From positions 64,001 to 128,000 of the forward strand of contig CBDAFS010000031.1 in the NCBI GenBank assembly GCA_965195285.1: a stretch of DNA of 64,000 nucleotides. Direction: 5' to 3'. Below the pieces are notes generated by a model, which worked only from the letters and a program-made list of their open reading frames with translations, had not been told where the DNA came from and did no database searches. The position numbers and the translations under genes are program-made. Source of the DNA: an uncultured Aminicenantes bacterium. GTDB lineage: Bacteria > Acidobacteriota > Aminicenantia > UBA2199. This document shows, piece by piece, positions 39,581-47,603 of this stretch (positions are counted from its first letter, which is position 1; each line of letters starts with the position of its first letter).

Positions 39581-40927
39581 TCACTGTTGTTTTCGGTTCA
39601 TATCAATTTGGTCCATTTTTCGATACAACCGGGTTCTGGATATTCCGAGAATTTTAGCTGTTTTGGTGACATTGAAATTGTGCAATTCGAGAACCTTTTT
39701 AATGTATTGGTACTCATAATCCCTGAGTGACAGCTGATAATTTTCAGTCATTTCTTCATGGATGTTCAGAGAAAGAATGAGGTCATTGGGGGTGATGAGA
39801 TCATCGTCTTTATAGGCAAAAATTCCCTTTACCGCATTTTTTAACTCCCTGACATTTCCCTCCCATGAGTATTCCAGCAGGTGTTTTTCAGTTTTTTTGG
39901 ATATGCCTTTGATATTTTTATCATATATATTGTTGTAAAAAGAAATAAAATGATGGAAGAGCGGTAAGATATCCTCTTTGCGCTCCCGCAAGGGGGGAAT
40001 GGTAATCATGGTTTCTCTGAGTCTGAAGTATAAATCCTTGCGGAAACGATCCGCTCCGACCTCCTTCCAGAGGTCCTTGTTGGTAGCCGTGATCAGCCGG
40101 ACATCTAATTTCTGGGGATTTTTATTTCCCAGCTGGTAGATGATTTTATCATCCAGAATTCGGAGTAATTTGGCCTGAAGGTTCAGGGGCATGTCGCTGA
40201 TTTCGTCCAGGAAGAGGGTTCCCTGGTTGGCCTGTAAGAATCTCCCGCTGTAGTCTTTTGATGCGCCGGTAAATGCTCCCCTTTTGAAGCCGAACAATTC
40301 CGATTCAAACAGTTGTTCGGGAATAGTCGAACAATTTATGGGCAGAAAAGTCTTGTTTTTTCGTTTTGAGTTTCGATGGACGAAACTGGCGATGATTTCT
40401 TTTCCCACCCCGGTTTCTCCCTGGATAACGATGATATCTTCCGTTTTGGATAGTTTTGTTGCCTGCGTAATGATATCAGACATGGCCTGGCTTTTGTAGA
40501 TGATGGCTTCCGATGACTGGTTATACAGCAGTTCTTTTTTCAGGGATATGTTCTTTTCCTTCAAGTGGGAATATTCAATAATTTTTTTCATTTGAATAAA
40601 CAGCAAATCTTCATCAAGCGGTTTTTCAAGATAATAAAAAGCCCCATTTTTTATGGCTTCGACAGCGCTGGAAACTGTAGCATGAGCGGTAATGATGATG
40701 GTTTTCCCCTCCATTTTTTCCGGAAATTCTTTCAGGAGATTGATGCCGTTGTTATCCGGAAGTCTTAAATCCAGTATGAATATAGCATATTCTCCGTTTG
40801 ATACTTTCCTTTTGGCAGTTTGGTAGTCTTCCGCCTCATCAATCATATAATCTCTCAATTCCAGTAATTTTTTCAGAGAATTTCTAAGTGACAGCTCATC
40901 TTCAATAATCAATACCCGAACGCTCAT
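39581..40927 (-). CDS. Sigma54-dependent response regulator (NtrC/AtoC family: REC-AAA+-Fis HTH)
   Basis: IIEDE and LDLRLPD receiver; GETGVGKE; ESELFG; intact GAFTGA; LFLDEI; WEGNVREL; TAKILGISRTRLYRK. Confidence 0.97.
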   Translation of the reverse strand: MSVRVLIIEDELSLRNSLKKLLELRDYMIDEAEDYQTAKRKVSNGEYAIFILDLRLPDNNGINLLKEFPEKMEGKTIIITAHATVSSAVEAIKNGAFYYLEKPLDEDLLFIQMKKIIEYSHLKEKNISLKKELLYNQSSEAIIYKSQAMSDIITQATKLSKTEDIIVIQGETGVGKEIIASFVHRNSKRKNKTFLPINCSTIPEQLFESELFGFKRGAFTGASKDYSGRFLQANQGTLFLDEISDMPLNLQAKLLRILDDKIIYQLGNKNPQKLDVRLITATNKDLWKEVGADRFRKDLYFRLRETMITIPPLRERKEDILPLFHHFISFYNNIYDKNIKGISKKTEKHLLEYSWEGNVRELKNAVKGIFAYKDDDLITPNDLILSLNIHEEMTENYQLSLRDYEYQYIKKVLELHNFNVTKTAKILGISRTRLYRKMDQIDMNRKQQ

Positions 40928-41007
40928 AACAAAATTATATAAGATTAAAATTAAAATTCAATTGATTAGACGGACAAAATCGGATTTTAGATTTATGACT
41001 GAAAATA

Positions 41008-41177
41008 TGTTTCAAAACGCAACAATTTTATAGAGGGTCAGAAGGCTTGGTGTTGCGGCCAATTCTGGATATTCGCGGAAAAAGCGTATCGAAACGATAC
41101 ATTCCGAGTATATCAAAAAAGCTATATATATGGGTGATTTTGAAAGAAATGAAAAAATGGTGTTTCATTCTTGGACA
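41008..41177. promoter_or_regulatory. Second triplet of (T/C)GT-N11-ACA palindromes
   Basis: TGTTTCAAAACGCAACA (41008), CGTATCGAAACGATACA (41085), TGTTTCATTCTTGGACA (41161); spacing 77 and 76 bp. Confidence 0.72.
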
Positions 41178-41250
41178 AAATAAAAAAAAATTATTTTTTC
41201 AAACATCTCGAACCCCTTTTCTGTAGCGTAATTGGGCTTATATGCTTAAC

Positions 41251-41265
41251 TGGAAAACATATTGC
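41251..41265 (+). promoter_or_regulatory. Putative sigma54 (-24/-12) promoter
   Basis: TGGAAAACATATTGC = GG-N10-GC, 90 bp downstream of the start of the last enhancer site; 13/15 identical to the 35444 box. Confidence 0.68.
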
Positions 41266-41342
41266 TATATTATTTATTTTGGTAATGACAGCATTCAGGA
41301 GTTTGAGGCATGAAGTCGTTGAAAGAGAAAAATTATTGAAAA

Positions 41343-41597
41343 ATGAGAAGAAAGGAAATTATTGAAAAAGAATATTATAGAGTTCATAAGGATCATGTTT
41401 TTTTCAATGGTTTTTTTACCCGGGAGAAACTGATAGTCTTGATCGATTTAAAGGAAAAAGAAGGCTGGAGTTATATGGGGGACAAGGATATTCTTAAAAT
41501 CGGCAGTTTTGGAATGGGTCTGGGGGATTCAGATATTTATCATCCCAGGATCGTGGCGGTTTTCGAGCGGAACCCTGTTCTACCTGAAACCAGATAG
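41343..41597 (+). CDS. Small hypothetical protein, DUF4177-like
   Basis: EY...L......EGW.........AVFER pattern resembles DUF4177; lies downstream of the sigma54 box. Confidence 0.6.
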   Translation: MRRKEIIEKEYYRVHKDHVFFNGFFTREKLIVLIDLKEKEGWSYMGDKDILKIGSFGMGLGDSDIYHPRIVAVFERNPVLPETR

Positions 41598-41618
41598 AAA
41601 TGATTTTTGAACTATTTT

Positions 41619-41999
41619 TCAAATTCTCTTTTCCTTAAGATATTCATAAACCCGACGCAAGGCTGAACCGCCTTCATAACTGCGCTGGCCGGAGGGATCG
41701 TAAATAATGAAATAGGGTATACTTCTGAGATTATATTGCCGGGCAGCCGGTGAGTTCCAGTCAATACCCTGGATGTTTTTCCGGTTGATATCGATTTTAA
41801 TCACCTCAATATCGTCATTCAATTCATCCAGGCGCTCCAACCGGGGAGAAATTTTCAGGCATGGCCCGCAATACTTGCTGTAGAAATCAAATATAGTGAT
41901 TTTCCCCGGTGCCAACAGGTCTTCCAGGTCTATCCTTTCACCGGGTTGATATGAACCGGATGTTTGGTTCGGATTAAGGATAAATACGATAGTTTGCAT
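41619..41999 (-). CDS. Thioredoxin-family protein (possibly 5'-truncated)
   Basis: GKITIFDFYSKYCGPC and SIPYF (cis-Pro). Confidence 0.82.
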   Translation of the reverse strand: MQTIVFILNPNQTSGSYQPGERIDLEDLLAPGKITIFDFYSKYCGPCLKISPRLERLDELNDDIEVIKIDINRKNIQGIDWNSPAARQYNLRSIPYFIIYDPSGQRSYEGGSALRRVYEYLKEKRI

Positions 42000-42034
42000 C
42001 CATTTTCGGTGCCTGTGTTATAATGAAGGACGAA

Positions 42035-42517
42035 ATGCGAAGAAAGGAAAAGGAAATAAAAAACATTAATGAAATTAAAAAGATCCTGGGTTCTACCCAA
42101 TATATCACCGTGGCCATGTGTGAGAAAAACCGCCCTTATCTGGTCACTTTAAGTCATGGTTTTGATGCAGAGAAGAACTGTTTGTATTTCCACTGCGCTT
42201 CAGCAGGGAAGAAAATGGATATCCTAAAATCCAATTCCCAGGTATGGGGGCAGGCCATTATGGATATGGGTTATGCAGATGATCAATGTGATCATCTTTT
42301 TGTTTCGGTGCATTTTGAGGGCCGGGTGATTTTCCTGGAAAGCATTCCGGAAAAAAAGCAGGCCTTGGGGATCATGATCAAACAGCTGGAAAAAAATCCC
42401 GACCGGGTGATGTCCGAGCAATTGGGTGAAGAGGCGCTTAAAAAAGTGGTTATCGGAAAGATTGAAATCGAGAGGGTTTATGCTAAAAAATCCGAAAAGG
42501 TGGTCGTATCCCTTTAA
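42035..42517 (+). CDS. Pyridoxamine 5'-phosphate oxidase-like flavin-binding protein (NimA-like)
   Basis: MRRKEKEI, PYLVTLSHG, LYFHCASAGKKMDIL, SVHFEG; ATG 42035 follows GAAGGA. Confidence 0.88.
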   Translation: MRRKEKEIKNINEIKKILGSTQYITVAMCEKNRPYLVTLSHGFDAEKNCLYFHCASAGKKMDILKSNSQVWGQAIMDMGYADDQCDHLFVSVHFEGRVIFLESIPEKKQALGIMIKQLEKNPDRVMSEQLGEEALKKVVIGKIEIERVYAKKSEKVVVSL

Positions 42518-42591
42518 ATATTGACTGATCCCGGTGTCCTGGCCACTACCCGGCAATTGTTGCGGTGGTGGTTGCGGGTTTTTAGGCTACA

Positions 42592-43392
42592 TTAAAATTC
42601 CAGAATTTTTCCGGTCCCCATTTTGATAAAATTCCGGCCGTAGGCCTTTTTGAACATCTCGATTTGTTTTTTACCGGTACAGTGAGTGGGACCCACTTTT
42701 TTGACTCCCATAAGTTTGAATTGTTCGATGATTTTTTGCATTTGTTGTTCGGTTTTTTGCATCAGGTGGAAGCCTCCGAAAACCGTGTGTATATCTTTTC
42801 CCAGGATATGTTTGGCTTTTCTGATGATGCTTAAAATCCCCGGGTGGGAACAGCCGGTAATTAAAATACCACCACTGTCAGTATCCATGATCAATGAGAG
42901 TTCCGGGATGCGGTCTCCCAGCTGACCGGTCAGGTAAATGTTTCTGCCGATTTTAACGGGATTGGAAACGGCTATGGCTTTGGCTCCGTGATTTTTTACC
43001 CTCTGGTAAAAGTCATCCGGGAAAGCATGGGGCATATAGACCGTTACCTGGTGGTTTCGCTTGAGGAGTTCAAACAAGCCGCCGGTATGATCGCCATGCT
43101 GGTGGGATAACACTATCAGTTTCACTTCTTGGGGATTGACCTTCAATTGCTTGATATTATGAAACAGTATCTCCGGTTTGGTGCCGGTATCAAATAAGAT
43201 GGTTTTTTCAATACCCTTGATCAGGCAGGAAAATCCCCAGTCCGCTCGGGTCCCCTCGGTATAAACATAATTGTCATACAATATGGTAACCGTTGGACCG
43301 GTTGTCTCGGTTCCCTGGGCTGGAATGAAACCCAGCATTAATAAGATTGGACCAAAAAAAGCAAAAAAACTGGTCATGTTTATCTCCTGCAT
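42592..43392 (-). CDS. MBL-fold metallo-hydrolase
   Basis: WGFSCLI, LFDTG, SHQHGDHTGG, TGCSHPG, GGFHL, PTHCTG. Confidence 0.92.
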   Translation of the reverse strand: MQEINMTSFFAFFGPILLMLGFIPAQGTETTGPTVTILYDNYVYTEGTRADWGFSCLIKGIEKTILFDTGTKPEILFHNIKQLKVNPQEVKLIVLSHQHGDHTGGLFELLKRNHQVTVYMPHAFPDDFYQRVKNHGAKAIAVSNPVKIGRNIYLTGQLGDRIPELSLIMDTDSGGILITGCSHPGILSIIRKAKHILGKDIHTVFGGFHLMQKTEQQMQKIIEQFKLMGVKKVGPTHCTGKKQIEMFKKAYGRNFIKMGTGKILEF

Positions 43393-43432
43393 TGTAACTT
43401 GACTTGTATGATGTCACTCTCGGCAATCGCAC

Positions 43433-44755
43433 TCAGGCGAAAGAAAGTCTTTCATGGGTCAGGCACAACAATCCCTGGATGGGGACTTCATAGGGGCAGG
43501 CTTTTTCACAGAAACCGGAACAGTCACTGCAGACATCAGCCTTTTTTCCGCTTAAGTGAAAATATTTTGAAAGCGCAACCTTTTCCTGTCCCTGGGCTTC
43601 GAAATAGTGGTTGTATCGCATGATGGTATTTACCGGAACTTGGTGGGGACAGCTGGATTCGCATATGCCACAGGCGTGCCGGCAGTAGAATTTTCCAGGG
43701 CCCCGGGTGAAAGCGGCCAGTTTTCTGGCTTCTTCGGCCGATAAGGGGGTACCGGAAGCTTCCAGAAATTGTTCCGCATCCTCAAATGAGGCTGTGCGGG
43801 CCAAAACGGTGGAAACGTCCGGATTTGACAGTACATAGCGGGTGGAAGCAATACGGATTTCGGTCGGATTGGTCAATTTGAATTTGTTAATAAACCATTC
43901 GCCCTGCTCGGCTGTTTTCTTAAGGTTTTCAAAGTAATCTTCCATTCTTTTCAAGCGTTCCGGATCCTGATCCTGTTTTGATTTCATTTCCTCGATCCGC
44001 TCTTTCATAGAGAGATAGCGTCCCACCGGATTGGTTTTCATCAGGGTCACCCCGATTTTTTTCTCCCCACAAACCGCAATCACCCGTTCAGCCATTTCCT
44101 GCTGGATGAAATTATAAACCAGCAACATTACGGAAAAGCGGCCGTCCCGGGAAGCTGCCAATAGAATCTTGTCCATGGGCTCACCTTCCCGCCCATGTCT
44201 TGCCCCGTGGCTGGATATGCCGATGAATTTTAGCTTGCCCTGTTCTTTCAATTGCTGGCAGGCCTGAAAAAAGGGTTCATAGGCCACCAGCTCAGTAGAG
44301 GAGGGATTATGGGTCATCAGGCAGTCGACATAGGGGGTGTCCAGCCGTTTCAGACATTGCTCCGCTCTTTTGAGTATGGATTCCCGGCTCTCGTTTTCCT
44401 TGATATGCAATTTGGTATTGATAAAAAGCGACTCCCTTTTAAAACTTTTGATGGCCTGCCCCATGCTGATTTCCGATTTACCCCGGCCGTAACTCTCGGC
44501 GGTGTCAATATAATTGACACCGGCCTCCAGCATGGCTTTAATGACTTCCACATTTGAAACCCCTCCCAGGGAGACATCTGATATTTTGAATCCGGTCTGA
44601 CCCAGGGGGCGAAATGATTTTATTTTGCCCAGGGAAGGAGTGGGATCTTCAGCAGCATCGAGTTTGATGTTTTTCCCGGCAAGACTGACTCCCATAACTC
44701 CCAGGGCAGAATTTTTCATGAATTGTCTGCGATTTATACCCTTTTTTTCAATCAT
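43433..44755 (-). CDS. Tat-exported aldo/keto reductase with C-terminal Fe-S domain
   Basis: INRRQFMK Tat motif; YIDTAESYG; IGISSH; CRHACGICESSCP and CSDCSGFCEKACP. Confidence 0.9.
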   Translation of the reverse strand: MIEKKGINRRQFMKNSALGVMGVSLAGKNIKLDAAEDPTPSLGKIKSFRPLGQTGFKISDVSLGGVSNVEVIKAMLEAGVNYIDTAESYGRGKSEISMGQAIKSFKRESLFINTKLHIKENESRESILKRAEQCLKRLDTPYVDCLMTHNPSSTELVAYEPFFQACQQLKEQGKLKFIGISSHGARHGREGEPMDKILLAASRDGRFSVMLLVYNFIQQEMAERVIAVCGEKKIGVTLMKTNPVGRYLSMKERIEEMKSKQDQDPERLKRMEDYFENLKKTAEQGEWFINKFKLTNPTEIRIASTRYVLSNPDVSTVLARTASFEDAEQFLEASGTPLSAEEARKLAAFTRGPGKFYCRHACGICESSCPHQVPVNTIMRYNHYFEAQGQEKVALSKYFHLSGKKADVCSDCSGFCEKACPYEVPIQGLLCLTHERLSFA

Positions 44756-44909
44756 TTTTACCTCCGATCACCGATTTTATTTATTTTATATCATACTGAC
44801 ATTTTTATTAAAAGTGATACGGGGATGATTTTGTTGTTAACTTTTACGGGTGTTGAGCCGTTATGGGATATGAGATCCTGGGTTCTATCAATATCATTTT
44901 GGAGGAAAC

Positions 44910-45342
44910 ATGAAAAAAATAATACTCTTTCTTATGTTGATGTTATTCATATTCTTGATTTTCCCGCGGAAAATCGGTGATCTGACCGAGGTTTTGAAAC
45001 CGGATAATATCAGTATTTTTCAGCAAGACCTGTTTGTGGCCGAAGGTTTCACTTTTTATATTTACTCGATTGAGAATATTCACCTGAAGAAAAAATTCAG
45101 CAGAAAGGGGGAGGGTCCAGACTTTCAGAAAAAAACAGGGTAAGGAGGAATATATTATCATGGATTTATCAGGGAAAATTTAAAAGACGGTCTATATCCC
45201 CTGCAAAGTGAAGGTGTCGCTCATGCCCCAGATAATGGGGGTGAAACTGTATGCCATCCACAACCAGAATCTTTTCTATATCAATGAAAATGAGGTCGAT
45301 GAAACCTGGGAACTGCACGCAGAGAATATGCTCAGGGAATAA
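44910..45342 (+). pseudogene. Internally deleted secreted beta-propeller gene
   Basis: Signal peptide and first blade end at RKGEGP. A shifted frame then gives QTFRKKQGKEEYIIMDLSGKI*KTVYIP...KLYAIHNQNLFYINENEVDETWELHAENMLRE*, a C-terminus with an internal stop. Confidence 0.72.
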
Positions 45343-46039
45343 GTCCGTTCCAAAAATCATTGAGGTTGTGCAGGCTTTGTTTTCGTTCGGCGGATATTTT
45401 TTCTACGGGGTGTCGAACAAATTTCTGAAAATTCTCTGATTTGATCGTTTGGCTTAAACGGGTTTGACCATCTTTACCGTTGTAATCGGCCAGTTTTATG
45501 ATTTTTACAGCGGCATGGTTGATGGCCAACCAGAACACATCATTGTCCGGATGAAGGTCAGGTCTTGTCTTCAGGCAATTGAGCAGTTCCAGCAATGTAT
45601 TGTTTATGCTTTCCAGTTTCAAATTGAAAAAATCACTTTCAACTTTTTCCCCTGCCGACACCAGTATTCCCAGTCTGGCTATCCGATCGATAAATGATTC
45701 CAGTTCCTCAATACATAAGGGAACCTGAAATTTTCCTCTCTCCTCTTCTTTGAAATAGGCTTGAGCCGGGGATACATTGGAGAGTTCCATGGGCCTGAAA
45801 AAATCCGAACACTGCCAATTCAAGCGTCGGTCATGAAATCCGCGCCAAAGGTGAATGACAACCGCATACCATCGGATATGTATGTTTCCATTTTCAGCCA
45901 CGTTATTCAGGTGGGAAAAAATACTCTGTATAACTTCATATTCTTTTCCATTTTCGCCGTGGTATCGGTATTTATTGAGGGTATGATTGAGCAACTCCTC
46001 GATCCGGAGCTCAAATTTCAGGTGTGAATATGCTTGCAT
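45332..46039 (-). CDS. Hypothetical protein
   Basis: 235-aa ORF directly downstream of the PilZ gene on the same strand; no motif recognised. Confidence 0.65.
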   Translation of the reverse strand: MQAYSHLKFELRIEELLNHTLNKYRYHGENGKEYEVIQSIFSHLNNVAENGNIHIRWYAVVIHLWRGFHDRRLNWQCSDFFRPMELSNVSPAQAYFKEEERGKFQVPLCIEELESFIDRIARLGILVSAGEKVESDFFNLKLESINNTLLELLNCLKTRPDLHPDNDVFWLAINHAAVKIIKLADYNGKDGQTRLSQTIKSENFQKFVRHPVEKISAERKQSLHNLNDFWNGLIP

Positions 46040-46088
46040 TATGTTGTTTCAGGTTCTGGAAATTCGGGGCAAAAGTCGGAGATTCGAT

Positions 46089-46433
46089 TCACTGAATCAT
46101 CTGAGCTGAGTATTTCAGGTACTCGATATAGTTCAGGTATTCAGCTGGTGCTTCGGTAAGCTTTATTCCGATGCCCTGGATGGATTTTTTTGTGGTCTTT
46201 ATGGGCAGGTTCTTGATCCAGGCGATTTCCCCTCTCAATTGGTAAAGGCTCCTCTCAACTGCTGCAATGATGGATAATTCCTGGTCTATGGATGATTTGA
46301 TATCAATGGCCTCAATATACATTCCATTTTTTGATATGTTCTGGGTGATTCCGGAAAATACCTGGCCATTATATTTTACATTGATGGTCAGGCAATAATT
46401 TAGCCTGAGCTCACCTCTATGATTTGAAATCAT
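46089..46433 (-). CDS. Stand-alone PilZ domain protein
   Basis: RGELR (RxxxR), NISKNG (D/NxSxxG), GEIAW, GIGIKL. Confidence 0.85.
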   Translation of the reverse strand: MISNHRGELRLNYCLTINVKYNGQVFSGITQNISKNGMYIEAIDIKSSIDQELSIIAAVERSLYQLRGEIAWIKNLPIKTTKKSIQGIGIKLTEAPAEYLNYIEYLKYSAQMIQ

Positions 46434-46479
46434 TTTTCTTTCACTTTTAAGTTATTTTACAGATCAACACTTTATTTTA

Positions 46480-46494
46480 GCAATTTTGATGCCT
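46480..46494 (-). promoter_or_regulatory. Putative sigma54 promoter upstream of the PilZ gene
   Basis: Minus strand AGGCATCAAAATTGC = GGCA-N6-TTGC with GG-N10-GC spacing, ending 47 bp before the ATG. Confidence 0.6.
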
Positions 46495-46896
46495 TTTGAA
46501 AGATTTTTTACCTAAAAAGGATTGGAATAAAGTCAGATTGTCATAATGATGATTATAAGATAATCGAGAACCCTACAATCAATTGAATCGCTTGGTTATG
46601 AAGCGGGTTTGTTAAAAACCGGAATGATTTTTTGGAGTAATATTTACACACATGAGAATGTAAATTCACAATGAACCATGACCCATTCAAAACGAATAAC
46701 CAATTTTTTAAATAGAGAAACGAGGATGAATGTTTGGGTTTCTGGATTACAAATTTTCTTTTTTATTAAAATTTATTTGAATTTTATTCCAATTCAAAGT
46801 ATACTCTCTGTCATTAAGTTCTATTGGCTTTATGATTGATTTTGAAAATACTTCCAATGATTTGGATGATTGAAAAAAAAGAGTAGACGCTATACC

Positions 46897-47367
46897 ATGA
46901 AACTAAGTGAGATACTGAACAAGAATTTGATTTGTTTTTCAGAATTAGAGAAAAAACAGGATAATTTGGAAGTGTTACTCCAGATGATCGAGAAGAAAAA
47001 TCTGGTTGAAGACAAAAATAAATTAAGGGAATCTATTTTTGAGCGAGAAGATCTTATGAGCACCGGAATAGGACTTGGAATTGCTATCCCTCATGTCAGG
47101 ATTAAAGGAGTTGATGATATTCTTATTTCAATTCTGATAAACAAAAAAGGCATAAAAGACTATGATTCTTTAGACGGATTACCGGTCAAAATTATAATTA
47201 TGATTGTTGCCGGTGATGAGCAGCATAGAGACTATTTGATTGTACTTTCGCGAATTGTTAAGATGCTGAAAAAAGATTTTATCAGAAAGAGTATAGTAGA
47301 ATCCATAACAGAAGAAGAGGTTATTGAACTTATTTCAGAGAATTTAAATTCTGATCCGTTGAAATAA
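46897..47367 (+). CDS. PTS EIIA-like (Ntr/fructose type) protein
   Basis: EREDLMSTGIGLGIAIPH (phospho-His), DSLDGLPV, HRDYL. Confidence 0.9.
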   Translation: MKLSEILNKNLICFSELEKKQDNLEVLLQMIEKKNLVEDKNKLRESIFEREDLMSTGIGLGIAIPHVRIKGVDDILISILINKKGIKDYDSLDGLPVKIIIMIVAGDEQHRDYLIVLSRIVKMLKKDFIRKSIVESITEEEVIELISENLNSDPLK

Positions 47368-47603
47368 ATTTTTTTAATAAAAAATGGGTGACATTCGGAT
47401 CAATAAGGAAAAAGAACAGTCACTTCTGAGTTTGAATAGATGATGAGGTCAATCAGTGGATTTTGATACAATACTTGGTTTGATTTTAATCTTTGGCGGG
47501 ATTTTTTTTATTACTTATTTGTTTTTATGGAGTTGCAAAACCATTAATATTATTTCGAAAGACAACCTCCGTTCACTTCGAGAGATCCTGAATCGATTAC
47601 GAA

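Noticed and set aside
41171-41365. 64-aa ORF with TTG start
   Set aside because: It overlaps the enhancer and sigma54 promoter, has no SD and shows no recognisable features.
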